From contig OZ024750.1 in the NCBI GenBank assembly GCA_964016885.1, positions 6,138,001 through 6,202,000 on the forward strand: a DNA stretch of 64,000 nt, given 5' to 3'. This DNA is from Eledone cirrhosa. Taxonomy: Eukaryota. The stretch's first letter is position 1. Each line of letters starts with the position of its first letter. The position numbers and the translations under genes are program-made. Shown here piece after piece: positions 29,764 through 44,230 of this stretch. The notes under the pieces were generated by a model. That model did no database searches. It saw nothing but the letters and a program-made list of their open reading frames with translations, and was not told where the DNA came from.

Positions 29764-30255
29764 GATTTATAGTTCATCAAACCGACAACCTAATACTTGA
29801 CAGGAAAGAACTAAAATGCAAGATCGATTCCAGAAATTATCATAACTATATTTCTTCAGCACATTTTGTTTTTAATTCAACTCAGAATATCAACCATTAG
29901 AACAACCCCAGTTCCCTATTTCTACTTATTTTAACGTCCTTTGGAAGAACAAAACAAATCTTCGAGCTCTGCTAAATTTGGTATCAAACTATATACGGAG
30001 GTACCAAACATACAAAATATATTCTATGTAGTAGTTTATAAATTCTACAACTTCACTGTTTCTTCTAGGTTCCTGCTTAATATCTTATCAAAATCTTTCC
30101 GGAACCATTCGACTTGGTCTTCTTCCAACTGATGCTTTCTTAGATGTTTTTCTAAAGATTTACTCACACTTAACATTTTATAAAGCACCATTTAAAAATC
30201 AAGAAAGGGTTAAAAAGTAAATCATCCAGGATTTTAAAATGTCTACTCACATTAG

Positions 30256-30680
30256 TTGCCGTATTGGAGTCTGTGCTGCTTTATGCGTCTGAGACTTGGA
30301 CACTGACCAAGAAACTCACTCAGATTGTGGATGGGTGCTACACGAGAATGCTGAGGATGACTCTGAACATTAATCAGTATACACTGAGGATGAAGAACTT
30401 TTGAGCTGTACGGGAGCCTCCCAAAAGTCAGTTCAAAAGTGACACAGAGGAGACTGAGGTTAGCTGGATATGCTCACCGACATCCAGAGTTGACACTGCA
30501 CTCAGTGCTCCTATGGGAGACCTTGCGTGGACACACTGGTTAACATATATTGATGCCCTAAGGACAGACACTGGTCTCTTGGAGACGCAGGACATGGCAG
30601 CGATAATGAGGGACAGAGACCCTTGGAGAGAACTCGTCCATGGATCTCGGGAATTTAACCGCCCTAGATATATAGATAGA
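30256..30680 (+). mobile_element. 5'-truncated RTE-clade LINE with 12 bp TSD
   Basis: AVLESVLLYASETWTLTKK..DGCYTRMLR motif; (GATA)-like tail; tactcacattag at 30244-30255 and 30681-30692. Confidence 0.92.
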
Positions 30681-30877
30681 TACTCACATTAGATTTTAAC
30701 CCATTCGATTAAATTGATAAATCAACCTTCAATATATTGAAGTTTTCAAAGAATTCGTAACTCCTCTAGCTACAGTAAACAAATTAATTAAATTTGAAAG
30801 CCAGCTGCTGTTAATATCTATTAGCTACGGCAACATGCTACAACTTCGATTTGAAGAACTAATAAATACCAGTTGTG

Positions 30878-31068
30878 GGAGGTGGATTGGCAGTATCGGT
30901 AGAGGGTCGGACGCCAAGCTTTGACGCATAGAGTTACGACCTTGGCATTCTGAGTTCAAATCCCACCGAGGTTAACTTTGCCTTTCATCCTTAAGGGGTC
31001 GATAAAATAAAGTACCAGTAATGCACTGGGGTAATTGCTGGCCTTGTGCCAAAAGTAGAAACAATTAT
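30878..31068 (+). mobile_element. tRNA-derived SINE (main family)
   Basis: Full-length, A and B boxes, core, tail. Confidence 0.92.
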
Positions 31069-31632
31069 ATAGAGGATATGTAATACAATTTTAATTTCCT
31101 TTTATTGTCATTTTTCTAATATTTCTATAAACCACATCTAACAACGATTCAATACTCTGTATAGACAAAGGATATTGTTATTTCTTGAGAGCTTGTCACT
31201 GTATGACAGTTTCGCTTCACAGAATTTCTAAGTCTATATATTTTAAGCCTATATAAACTGAATACAGACAGTGGAATTTCCAAAGGTAAATCACAATACC
31301 AGTTCTATTGGTGATACTAAAGTACATCTGTGTATAAATCATTAAGCTTAGCCATTGTTTTCCAAATAGTTCATAGATGTTTTGTGACAGAAAAATGTTG
31401 AAAAACATATTTGAACTTTTCGAATAATATCTAAAACAAAGATTGTTTTTTTTTAAAAAGAAATGTATTAGTATTGTTTATGAGGTTTATAATGTAACAT
31501 CGTTCCTAATCCCCCAATATGTTACTGGGATTGAAAGCGACAAGGATTACTCACATATTAACACACACATATATATATAATATATATATAGTATATATAT
31601 GTGGTGTGTGTGTATATATGTATGTGTGTGTG

Positions 31633-31737
<105 letters not shown>

Positions 31738-31866
31738 TGTGTGAGTGTGTGTCTGGTGATTATATGTATATAATTATATTTATATATATATACATATATA
31801 TTTAGATATATATTCATATGAATACACACATATATGCATATATGCTCACTCACACAGACATATATA

Positions 31867-31907
<41 letters not shown>

Positions 31908-32984
31908 GGGGAGAGAGAGACATACATCAATTTTATATGTGTGTGGATTATTTATGCGTGTGTGTATGTCTGTGTGTATATGGGTGTTAGAGAGATAGAT
32001 AGATAGAGAGAGCGAAAGTGAGAGAGAGAGAGAGTGAGGGGGGGGGGAGAAGGAGGTGTGTGTTATGAAATTAACTTTTTGAACTTCCAGTAGACTATCC
32101 AAAGACTTCTTGCATTCTTGAACAAAGGAAAAGAGCGCTATTTTTTCCAATAGCCAAAATATCAAATGACTCAACGTAGCGACTCTGTTTACATTTGAAT
32201 CACTGTTTCAAAGGTCAAATCGTGTATAAAATCTATCAATTTTTTTTTTTCAGATATTTTATTTATTACAATGACGTCTCGCGGATCTTGTTTATAAAAC
32301 ATTTTATCATTTTTCCTGTTGTTCATTGTTAATCTCTTTGCTGTCACTTAGAATAGAAAATGATTATTCATTTAAGCGAAAGACTATACTTGATTTCTTT
32401 TAATCGGGGTTGAGTGGGCAGAGGGTGTAAATAACGAAACAGATTCTTTATAACGGCACCTCCTTTCTTTCTATCTTTCTTTCATTCTTTCTTTCTTTCT
32501 TTCTTACTTTCTTTCTTTGTTGATGTTTCTCACTGTCACAGATTTACCATTAGCATGGAAATCTTCCTCCTTCAAGATTTGAACTCAAAATTGTAAACAA
32601 TTGAACTGCTCGCCAAGTAAACAACCTTATCCTAGCAATAACAATTTGTTGCTCAAGATTTTTTTAAATTTACTTCTTAGTGGAAACATTAAATCCGTTA
32701 ATTCTTAGAATTATTGTATCATTTGTAAACATATTCATTTCCCGCTGGCATTATCGAACATGAAGTAAATAAACATCACATTAGATAAAGCTTATACGCA
32801 AGCAGTATAAGATCTGTATTAATTAATAAATATTCTTTTGTTTAATAGAACAGGGAAAATGCATGGATTGAACCATAGCTGGGTCTGTCAGAGAGTTAGT
32901 GTGTTTCCGAAGGAAAACAAAATATTCTTATTTCATTCCTCTATAAATCAGAAATTTTGTGTATAATTATATATATTTTGTGTA

Positions 32985-33056
<72 letters not shown>

Positions 33057-34083
33057 ATACGTTAATGCGTGTCTGTGTGTTCGTCTGGGTGTAAGGACAC
33101 ATGTATATATCTTCTAGAAATTATACATACATGGTGATAAATGCACAAGAAGGCTTGAAAATCGATTAAAGGTGTTTAATATATTTTCAAATTTATAGGA
33201 AAATAATTATATTTGGCATATTTACGCGTCTATTTGCTAAAGCTGTGTAAATCTGTATACACATTTACACAATTTCGGTTACTTCTATACTGTATATATA
33301 TATATATATATATATATACAGTATTTTATTAGCGATGATTACACTTTAGATAACCCTTATATGATACGGTACCACCTCTTTGTAAAGCTATTCATTTATA
33401 CGCTGCTTTTTTAAGATACCAATCTTCCAATGTCTGCGTTGAAGTAACATATCCTCTCTCCATCAATCTTATCGTGGAAAATGGATTTCCAGTTAATTAG
33501 CTCAAAGTTTCTCTTCATTTTTCTTTCTTTCAGTTCATTTACTGTTTCGACAATTTTCTAGACACTTCTAACGATTATTAGCTACAAAACTATCTAACAA
33601 TATGCATTGAGAAAAATCTGTCATCATCCACATGAGTTTCAGTAGAGTTCTTTCTCTTTCACACAGAGGTTTGATTATTTGTGAATTTGAATCGCTTGTA
33701 TTGTATAATATCGGCGCCTATCTACGTCCATGAGCCTAACACTGATCCTCCTATTTCTCAGTTATAAACACAAATATTACAACGTCTTCTACATCTCTGA
33801 ATGTGGCTAATGAAGACAAAACGTCGTTTATTTCTGCCACCGATGATTGCGATACCTGACCATGATTTCGAGTTAGCTAACTGGTCTGGAAATTATTATT
33901 TTACTCTAACTGCAGTTCACAGTGTATATATTGCAACACGAAAACCATCAAAGAATATACCTCTAGTTTATATATCTCCAAATCCCTTGTACAAGTAAAG
34001 GACCCACTTGAGATGGATGTGGCTGATGAAGTGGGTGTTTCTGGCCATTCTCCACGGTAATCTCTTCGTCATATATCTATCTA

Positions 34084-34177
<94 letters not shown>

Positions 34178-34236
34178 ACAGGTCACAAGCATTAAAATAT
34201 GCTCTTTAGATCTCAACCTCCTGCAGCTTCGACGAA

Positions 34237-34293
<57 letters not shown>

Positions 34294-34312
34294 TATATAT
34301 GTATATATATGT

Positions 34313-34580
34313 AAAAGTTCTATTTAAATTGTTGGGATACAACAAGCAAATATTTTTGTAACTGATATAAAGCACTCAACAAATATTTGGAGTAAAAATA
34401 CGATATTAACAAATGGAAACTATATTTATAAAACCAAATTTATTTCATTATACATATTTCAAGGACACCAAGTTAAATTATGGTGTGCTTTCATCAGATA
34501 AAATATAATATAGATCAGTTTTATAAATAAATATTGACATACCCTTAAAGAATGCAACCATTGCTGTTGGAAGCTCCCAA
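34313..34580 (-). mobile_element. Family D element with intact HHR (34443-34503)
   Basis: Reverse complement: ttttat-CTGATGA-aagcacacca..tggtgtcctt-GAAA-tatgt-ATA-atgaaa; homologous to 1-190. Confidence 0.8.
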
Positions 34581-35016
34581 TATATACATATAACTATTTA
34601 AAGTTTACACCCACAAACATACACAAAGCATTTCCTTCCCATTAGTACAATATGTTCGTTTCCTAATGAGAAGGTATTGAGTTCTAACACTACATTTCAC
34701 TATATAAATGGTTATTTCTCTTTAGTTACTCATACACTTAATCCCATATGCTATTCGTACATATATGCTGAACACTTACGTAACTATAACCCTAGAATAA
34801 ATTATTAGAAATTATTAGAATATTATTTCCACGTCCAAGAAAGCAATATAAACTATAGAGGGTTTATCTTGCGTATCCCAGTAATTTAACAAACCACACA
34901 TTTTCCAGTGTATATGATTGTTCTCTATCCTGTAATCCTGGTGTATATGATAAATATATGATATATAGATCCGGGACTCCCCCCAAAAATATATATGCTG
35001 ACACCATTATATTGAT

Positions 35017-35188
35017 GGTGGTAGATTGTCAGTATCGGTAGAGGATCGGACACGATGCTTTGAAGCATAGAGTTACGGCCCTTGCCATTCTGAGTTCAAA
35101 TCCCGCCGGGGTTAACTTTGCCTTTCATCCTTACGTAATACACTGGGATAATTGCTGGCCTTGTTCCAAAAGTAGAAGCAATTATTAT
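35017..35188 (+). mobile_element. SINE (main family) with internal deletion of the central core
   Basis: ccttacg|taatacactggg lacks gggtcgataaaataaagtacca; tattgatggt repeated on both sides. Confidence 0.85.
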
Positions 35189-35228
35189 TGATGGTACGAG
35201 TCGATATGTGTGTAAGCGAGAGTGTATG

Positions 35229-35264
<36 letters not shown>

Positions 35265-35344
35265 CGTGCGTGCATGTGTATATCTGTATATATATATATG
35301 TGTGTGTGTGTGTGTATATATATGTATATATATATATATATATA

Positions 35345-35407
35345 CAGTCCAGAAATAGCCGTCGAAACGGCTTGAGCTTTGCCGTCGGGGTCATACTTTT
35401 TCCTATA
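35345..35407. mobile_element. Single arm of family A element
   Basis: cagtccagaaatagccgtcgaaacggcttgagc..ccgtcggggtc matches the 16000-16113 arm and loop. Confidence 0.75.
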
Positions 35408-35504
35408 CATATATATATATATATACATATATGCGTGTATACATATATATATATATATGTATATATGTGTATGTGTGTGTGTGTATGTGTATATATATAT
35501 ATAT

Positions 35505-35910
35505 GAGATGACCCCTTAGCCTTTGTCAAGGCAGAATTCTAGGAGAAGGAAAACTCTGTTATAACACCTGCAACTCTGATGGTATCCAATGATGTTCACT
35601 TGTTCTTCTTTTTGGTAAATATCATCTTGGTTAAGAGAGTGGGACTGGCTTTGTGCAGTGCCTTTGCTCACTATAAAAGCTTCACGGCACAGGCATTGCT
35701 ATATATCTGGAGATCTCTCTGCACTTGTCGTCACATGGTACCATGGGCCCAGCACTATGTGTCAATAATTGTCACAAGTGTAGTGTTTGTACCAGAGTTT
35801 TCAAGTCACTGGCTGGACTAAAAAGTCACACTCGTTCAGCGCATCGGTAGGGGTTCTCCTACATGGATATAAAGTAGTGGCCGTACTCGAAAACGAGTTG
35901 GCAGCCACCA
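35505..35910 (+). mobile_element. Bipartite non-autonomous RTE-like retroelement
   Basis: aggagaaggaaaactctg 5'-UTR-like motif, C2H2 remnant [22 protein letters not shown], 3' stem-loop; copies at 38293, 47541, 52611. Confidence 0.8.
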
Positions 35911-35932
35911 TATATATGTGTGTGTGTATATA

Positions 35933-35970
<38 letters not shown>

Positions 35971-36685
35971 TATATATATGTTTGTGTGCATTTGTGTGCG
36001 TACGTATATGTGTTTGTATGTGTATGTATATGTGTGTGTGCATTTATGAGACGTTTTCTGCCTGTATATGTAAGGAATATTTACGAGAAGACTGGGACCC
36101 ACGATCCATATCTTAGTATGTAAGAGACAACTCATCACATTTCTATCAATATATATATGACAGTAAAATATGGCTATAATTGCATGAGGAAATGATAGCA
36201 AATTGGCACCGTTGGGAATTTTTACTATCTCTAATATTATGCTAAATTAGTGCGGAGAAAGTTTACAACTGCCTACTGCTTTCTGGTTGGTTAGATTCTT
36301 CATTACTTAAATCACATCTGTCGTGTTTCTTTGTCGTGGTAGTAGTGGTGGTGTTGGTTTTGTTTGTGGTTTTTAGTTTTATTGTCCCTCTTTATATTTA
36401 ATTTTTTTTTATTTTTTTTTCTACTGGATCTGGACAGGCGTATTTCAAGAGGCACCCTGGGGCGATATTTGCTTGAGAGATTGTAAAAATTAATGAGTGT
36501 AATGAATTTAAGAAAGATGGGGAAAATTAGATTTTCACCTGATTCCGAATTATTTCCTGTCAAGAATCTACTCATACATATTATATGAAAAGCTATATTT
36601 AAAAAAAATAATAATTCGAAGTTTAATATTACACGCTTATACGTATATACGTACAATGTACACACATACATGCATAGTATGTTAT

Positions 36686-36798
<113 letters not shown>

Positions 36799-36815
36799 TC
36801 TATATATATATATTC

Positions 36816-36847
<32 letters not shown>

Positions 36848-36865
36848 AATATATATATATACATA

Positions 36866-36990
36866 TTGGTTTCTGATTTAGGCACGAGGCTAACAATTTT
36901 TTTTTGGGGGGGGGGGGTATTAATTCGACCTCAGTGCATTACTGGTACTTTATTTTATCGACCCCCGTAAGGATAAAAGTCAAAGCTAAC
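36866..36990 (-). mobile_element. SINE 3' half (main family, long-tail)
   Basis: ctggtactttattttatcgaccccc. Confidence 0.8.
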
Positions 36991-37009
36991 TGAACGGATA
37001 GACTTCAGA

Positions 37010-37445
37010 AAGGCCTGCTTGGAAATTAACGTGTAATTACCTGTGCATTTCACAGACACGAGTACACTGAAAGAATCTTTCAAGGCGATTCTGCGGAACA
37101 CAGTGTGTGACAAAACCTTTGAATTTCAGGCAAAGTCCATTTGACGACCTTCTAACCAGATTCCCTCTAGCGAATGGCGTTCCCAAACCCATGGTCAAAA
37201 CATTCTCCTAGGACGCCACGCAGTGGGAACGAACCAGGACCAAATAATTGTTTCTACATTTTGGCACAAGGCCAGCAATTATCCCAGTACATTACTGGTA
37301 CTTTATTTCATCTATCCCGTAAGTATTAAAAGCAAAATTAACCTTGGCGGTATTTGAACTGAGACCGTAAAGGGTCGTAACTCTATGCTGCAAAGCAAAG
37401 TCCTTAATATAGCAAAGCGAAGTCCTTAACTAGTCTGCCACGTTA
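37010..37445 (-). mobile_element. Older SINE of a second type interrupted by a main-family SINE (37243-37397)
   Basis: gccacgcagtgggaacgaacc (B-box region in reverse), then a main-family copy, then the remaining tRNA-like head. Confidence 0.6.
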
Positions 37446-37487
37446 TATCCGCTCACACACACACACACAGACCCACACCCGCACGCG

Positions 37488-37532
<45 letters not shown>

Positions 37533-37690
37533 ATATATTTTGTGATATAAGTTATTTCGAACAAGATGTGCAATTTCCAGGAAATCTAATGAGCATCATT
37601 AAGTAGTTTATTACTATTTATTTGTCTATCCATCTTTATTTCACACACACAGACAGAGACGTACACACACGTATATATATATACATGAGA

Positions 37691-37761
<71 letters not shown>

Positions 37762-38292
37762 TAAAATAATACACACACACACACACATATAATATATAGA
37801 TAGATAGATAATATAGTATATATATATATATATTCAGAGAAAGAAGAGAGAGAGAAAGAGATTGCTGTCATAAATAATTTAAACAGAATTGCACACCCAT
37901 GCGAAGGTTTCGTTAATTCAGCTTAAATTACATTCAACACGCTTTCCTGTAATCACGTATTCTCTGGTGTCATTTGTTGTTATAATGTATCAGAATGTTC
38001 TGATATGAATTTCACGACAACGAATTTAGGAACGTGTTGACGGCTCGAACTTAGTTCGTTAATACTTGCTATGCTGAGGTACAGTGTGGTTAATGTCTTT
38101 ATTGAACTAAGACCCTGTTTGGTCATGAATGATCGTCGGATTTTTAACTAGCAAGTTCTCCTCCGAGACACAAGTTCAGGCAATGTTGTTTGTAGATGAG
38201 CAGCAGTTTCTGTATGTATGTATGTATGTATGTATGTATGTATGTATGTATGTATGTATGTATGTATGTATGTATGTATGTATTATGTATGT

Positions 38293-38476
38293 ATTGCTTT
38301 ATATCTGGAGATCTCTCTGCACTTGTCGTCACATGGTGCCATGGGCCCAGCACTATGTGTCAATAATTGTCAGAGGTGTAGTGTTTGTACCAGAGTTTTC
38401 AAGTCGCTGGCTGGACTAAAAAGTCACACTTGTTTAGCGCATCGGTAGGGGTTCTCCTACATGGATATAAAGTAGT
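38293..38476 (+). mobile_element. Truncated copy of the bipartite RTE-like element
   Basis: High identity to 35693-35878. Confidence 0.85.
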
Positions 38477-38486
38477 ATATATATAT

Positions 38487-38576
<90 letters not shown>

Positions 38577-38641
38577 AGTAAAATAATGAAGAATAACATG
38601 GTCAGCTGTACAATAAGGTATATTTAAAGTATTAAAAAGTG

Positions 38642-38699
<58 letters not shown>

Positions 38700-38702
<3 letters not shown>

Positions 38703-38878
38703 TTTATCCCGGGTTCAATCGGGGGTAACGACAGTAAGTAAGGTACTCAATACAAAACAAAGTACGAATATTTAATATAGAAAATCTTCTACATGACTAG
38801 AAGTGTTTCATTCGTGAGAAATCATCAGGAAGCTTCCTGATGATTTCTCACGAATGAAACACTTCTAATCATGTAGAA

Positions 38879-38889
<11 letters not shown>
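38700..38889. mobile_element. Family B element: palindrome with back-to-back hammerhead-like cores
   Basis: ttctacatgactagaagtgtttcattcgtgagaaatcatcaggaag|cttcCTGATGAtttctcacgaatGAAACacttctaatcatgtagaa; flanked by (TA)n; relative at 51505. Confidence 0.8.
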
Positions 38890-38954
<65 letters not shown>

Positions 38955-39645
38955 TCATATGTTGATTCAAAAAGAGCATATAGGACAAGGAAGAGGGGAC
39001 AAAAACAAGTATAAATCCCTAATATGGCATCACACGGCCGAGAGATTCTTTTCGATTAAATAAAAGAGGAGGAGGTGTATATATACAACACGGGGAACTT
39101 CAAACAAAAACCAAAATCATATTAATATATATAAAGTACCAGTAATGCACTGGGTTATTGCTGGCCTTGTGCCAAAAGTAGAAACAATTAATACATATAT
39201 ATATATAGACAGAAAGGTTGGAAAGATCGATAGATACATAGATAGGACTTAGGAATATATCAGTTGGATTTGAAACCCCTAACTTTGCATATTTCCAACA
39301 TTAAAATAATGAACGAAATTCTAATTAAATAATCATAGCCGTATTCCTGCAAATTGATATGTAACAGGAATCGAGTGATGTCTTAAGAAGAAACAACTTG
39401 TTTACTTTCTTTGTTCTATACGATACCATATTCTTACAAGCTTTAAGATGGCCTAAATTATTAGAAATGTATGAACTGTTACTATTTTCCTCGCAACTGA
39501 TTAACACTGTAAATGAACGAAGTTATAATTAATGTCTGGAGTAATATTAATTAGATATTAAATGTAATAATTTCTAGCATTGATTGTATTGTTTCTCCAG
39601 TATAATGAAATATGTAGCAGTACACATTGCTGAATACATAGCTGT

Positions 39646-39734
<89 letters not shown>

Positions 39735-39766
39735 TCTCCTATCTCCATCTCTCTCTTTAAGTTTGG

Positions 39767-39810
<44 letters not shown>

Positions 39811-39811
39811 G

Positions 39812-39993
39812 GGCGGTGGATTGGCAGTATCGGTAGAGGGTCGGACGCCATGCTTTGCAGCACAGTTACGTCCCTTTACGGACTAAGTTCAAATCCCACC
39901 GAGGTTAACTTTGCCTTTCATCCTTACGGGGTCGATAAAATAGAGTACCAGTAATACACTGGGATATTTGCTGGTCTTGTAGAAACAATTATT
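39812..39993 (+). mobile_element. tRNA-derived SINE (main family)
   Basis: Full-length. Confidence 0.9.
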
Positions 39994-40156
39994 TTAATTT
40001 ATATTCCTTTGAAGTTCCGATGAGCCGCTCTGTTTTTTTAAATATGTCAATTATTTTCAACTGAACCAGATCAATTATGATATATAGTCATCTGATCCAG
40101 AAATATCATATGGAGTAGCGAAACAATTGTAAACGGACATTATTATTATTATTAAA

Positions 40157-40370
40157 GGTGGATTGGCAGTATCGGTAGAGGGTCGGACGCCATGCTTTCC
40201 AGCATAGTTACGTCCCTTTACGATCTGAGTTCAAATCCCGCCGAGGTTGACTTTGCCTTTCATCCTTACGGGGTCGATAAAATAAAGTACCAGTAATGCA
40301 CTGGGTAATTGCTGGCCTTGTGCCTAAAGTAGAAACAATTATTATTATTATTAATATTATTATTATTATT
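40157..40370 (+). mobile_element. tRNA-derived SINE (main family) in/with (ATT)n
   Basis: Full-length, (ATT)n on both sides. Confidence 0.92.
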
Positions 40371-40575
40371 CTCTACATTCCTTACATCAAACTAAAATAT
40401 GTTGACAATCTTTTAATAATGTCTTCCTTGTGAAATTTATGGTCTTGTTTTGCTTAACTAATGAATATATATATATATAGATATCTTTCTCTCTATATAT
40501 ATATCTCTCTCTCTCTCACACACACACACAAACATAAGTGAGTGGATGTATTTATATAAGTATATTTGTGTGTGT

Positions 40576-40666
<91 letters not shown>

Positions 40667-40802
40667 AAGAGAGAAAAGGGGAAATTGGAAATAGCACGGA
40701 AAATATATTTAAGGGTTTGTTTTCTTTTCTTTTTTCCTTTCCTTGATTTGTCAAAGTGACATTGAAAAAAATGAGAGGGACAATTCTATTAAAAAAGAAT
40801 TT

Positions 40803-40849
40803 TATAAAGTATATAAAGTATATAAAGTATATAAAGTATATAAAGTATA
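40803..40849. repeat. (TATAAAGTA)n 9-mer tandem, about 5 units
   Basis: Direct reading. Confidence 0.9.
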
Positions 40850-42076
40850 ACCGGTTCGATGTATTAGTAAAATTCATCTTATCAAATGTTGAGTATTACA
40901 ATTAAAAAGAATTAATAAGAATTAAAAACTAAAAGTGTGTGTGTGTATTGAAATATATATCTGAACACACAAATATACTTATATAAATACACCCACACGC
41001 TTATGTGTGTATCTGTGTGCGCATGCCCATATATACACAAGAGATGGTATAAATCTGTTCAAATTTCAGTCTCATTGAAAAGGAGTTTATACAAGTTTCA
41101 TTGAATTACAGATAAAGCCCAATCTAACGAGCTCCCTAATAGTTTCCATGCACGAAATTTCCACTCACGAGACACTGGATGGTGTAACGCCTTTATAAAT
41201 AAGACTTGCTCAAGATGCTACAAAGTCGTATCAAACTGGGATCTAAAGATTATAAAACGGACGTTATTCACTATGTTACGTCCACAAAGATTCAACAATT
41301 TCCTTCTAAATAAACTGTTGAAACTTATTTATTCAGGTGTTTGCTGAATCAACGGTTAACCTGAATATAAAACAACAAATATAAGTAATCGTTTACTATC
41401 TATATTTTCTGTTTGGGATTTTCTATTTTCTATTTTCTATTTCCTTTGATTCCTTATTTTTCGTTTATTTTAATCTACTTATTTATGTATTATGATCATC
41501 ATTTTATGCTTTTGTATGTTTTATCAAATACTTTGAATCGCTATATTCAATTAATCCTGTGATATATCGTTTCGTTTGTTTGTTTTCAAAGGTCCATTAA
41601 AGGAGAGCAACTAAATTGAAATGTTGTAGTATGAAATATTCAATAGTTGCTTCTTTTTTGATTCCTTTTTAATTATATATTTCTTAATTTAGTTAAATAA
41701 GTAATCCCACGGTTTTCTTTTAGCCTCGGGTAATTTGATAGTTTGTTGCGTAATTAGTTATGTTAAAATAAATTTTACTTCATTACTTAGCTATACAAAC
41801 CCACTCGCAGTCAATAAGTATCTATCTATCTATCTATCTATATATATATATACACACACACACATATATATACGTATACACACACACACACATATATAAA
41901 TATATATACATATATATATATACATATATACATATATAAATATATGTGTGTATGTATATATATATATGTGTGTGTGTGTGTCTGTATGTATATATGAATA
42001 TATATATATACGTATATATATGTGTGTGTGTGTACATTTATATATACATGTAGGTATATACATATGTGTGTGTCTG

Positions 42077-42136
<60 letters not shown>

Positions 42137-42474
42137 CATGTATGTATATACATATATGTGTGTGTCTGTGTGTATATATACGAATACGTCCATTTTTGTT
42201 TTATTCATTTCCTTCAGAAGAACATGTTGTTTTATAGCTGCTGTTCTTATCTAATTCTGTTCCAACAACAATAAAACAAATAGAAACTAAAACTAAAGAA
42301 GGGGCTGAGTTAACTATCTTCTTTTAATCTCTTCTTTTCGGTTATCTTTGATACCCTTCTTCTTCTTCTACCGACTTTATTAATCTCTTTTCTTCTCCCC
42401 CATCCCCTTCTATCACTACTTTCGTCACAATCTTTCTCCTTTGTTATCAGTGAACTCTCTTTTACAACCTCCAT

Positions 42475-42566
42475 CTACCCTGCTCCTACCCTGCTCCTAC
42501 CCTGCTCCTAGTCCCTACTCCTACCCTACTCCTACCCTGCTCCTACCCTGCTTCTAGTCCCTACTT
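42475..42566. repeat. (CTACCCTGCTC)n 11-mer minisatellite
   Basis: About 8 units including ctagtccctact variants. Confidence 0.85.
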
Positions 42567-42829
42567 TAACCCGAACTGAATAACTACTCTACTGCAAGAT
42601 TCATCTGAAGGCACCGGCCCCACTTATACTTATTCGGGGATGGTTTGAGCAGGAGGAGGGACAAAAGGAATTGAATTGAGAGAGGGGAGGAGGGAGGGTG
42701 AGAGAGAGGGAGAGACAGGGTGGTACAATGATGATGATGATGATGATGAAGATGACAAGAAGGACGAGGATGGGCGGAGGATGATGAGAAGGAGGAGAAG
42801 AAGGTTGAGGAGAATGAGGAGCAGGAGGA

Positions 42830-42870
42830 GAAGAAAGAAGAAGAAGAAGAAGAAGAAGAAGAAGAAGAAG

Positions 42871-42900
<30 letters not shown>
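42830..42900. repeat. (AAG)n microsatellite; a second one at 44268-44348
   Basis: Direct reading. Confidence 0.95.
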
Positions 42901-42901
<1 letters not shown>

Positions 42902-43004
42902 GTGACAAAGAAAGAAACAAAGATGTAGACTATGAGCACTTGACCTTCCCTCAGCACTCTCTAAATACACCCACTGTTTGTGTTGTGTTCTTGTAACCAT
43001 TATT

Positions 43005-43085
43005 ACTCTTACGGGGTCGATAAAATAAAGTACCAGTAATGTACTGGGATTTGCTGGCCGTGTGCCTAAAGTAGAAACAATTATT
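43005..43085 (+). mobile_element. SINE 3' fragment (main family)
   Basis: cttacggggtcgataaaataaagtaccag..gtagaaacaatt. Confidence 0.85.
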
Positions 43086-43330
43086 ACTAACATTCTAACC
43101 GTTATTTCTAAGATTATTATTTGTAAAATCTTTAGAGGGTCGGTCAAATGCATTCCGACAATTTTTCTGATTTTTTTTAGGTTACGTTCTGATTTCAAAA
43201 ATCTCGCCAGGGTCGACAAAATACTGGGTTTGACTAATTCATTTTGACTAATTCACACACACTCTCAAATATATAGAGAGATTAAGCAGACCCATGATGA
43301 AACACAGTCCACACATAATCATTTTATTAT

Positions 43331-43551
43331 GGCGGTGGATTGGCAGTATCCGTAGAGTGTCGGACGCCATGCTTTGCAGATTAGAGTTACGGCCCTCTAT
43401 GACCCGAGTTCAAATCCCGCCGAGGTTAACTTTGCCTTTCATCCTTACGGGGTCGATAAAATAAAGTACCAGTAATGCACTGGAGTCGATTTAATTGACT
43501 TTCCCCTCCCCCAAAATTGTTGGCCTTGTGCCTATATAAGAAACCATTATT
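43331..43551 (+). mobile_element. Full-length SINE (main family, long-tail form)
   Basis: ggcggtggattggcagtat start, B box, core, long tail; degenerate copies follow at ~43600-43720 and ~43965-44113. Confidence 0.92.
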
Positions 43552-44137
43552 AAATGAATCGCTTGTTTCGGTTAGAATGGTTGGTGGCATTTAAGTTTCA
43601 TATCCCGCTGGGTCCAATTTGCTATTCATCCTTCCGGAGTCGATAAAATTAAGTATCAGTTAAGTACTGAGTCGATTTAATCGACTTTCATCTTCCTTCA
43701 AATTGTCGGCATTTTGCCTAAATTATCTGCTACTATTCATATAGCAACGTGTCTGTTGTCTGACGGCAAGAACTGAGGAACTGTAGTTGTATGTGGTATG
43801 TCAGGATAATGTGGGCTGATGTTCCCTAAAGGGTTACAATTTTAAGGACCTTTTCTTATTTTGTTGTTCTGTGTTGTTATTGCTGAGGATGCAGCATGGT
43901 CAAATCGTTATGAAGTTGTCCTTGCAAATATTAGGTCCCCGGTTCGATTACACTGGCTCTTTTTTACATTCTGAGTTCAAATCCCGCCCAGGTTAGCTTT
44001 GCCTTTCATCTTTACGAGGTCGTTAAAATAAAGTACCAGTAATGCATTGGGTTCGATTTAGTCGATTTTCCCCTCCCCAAAATTGTTGGTGGCCTTATGC
44101 TGAAATTAGAAATCAAGATTACACACACTTACTATAT

Positions 44138-44176
<39 letters not shown>

Positions 44177-44198
44177 AATATATATAAATAAATAAATG

Positions 44199-44230
<32 letters not shown>

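Noticed and set aside
33405-33560. Short open frame on the minus strand (KIVETVNELK...NADIGRL) as a possible exon
   Set aside because: No recognisable domain, convincing splice sites or neighbouring exons
42475-42566. CRISPR-like or telomeric reading of short tandem repeats
   Set aside because: No unique spacers and not TTAGGG; an ordinary minisatellite
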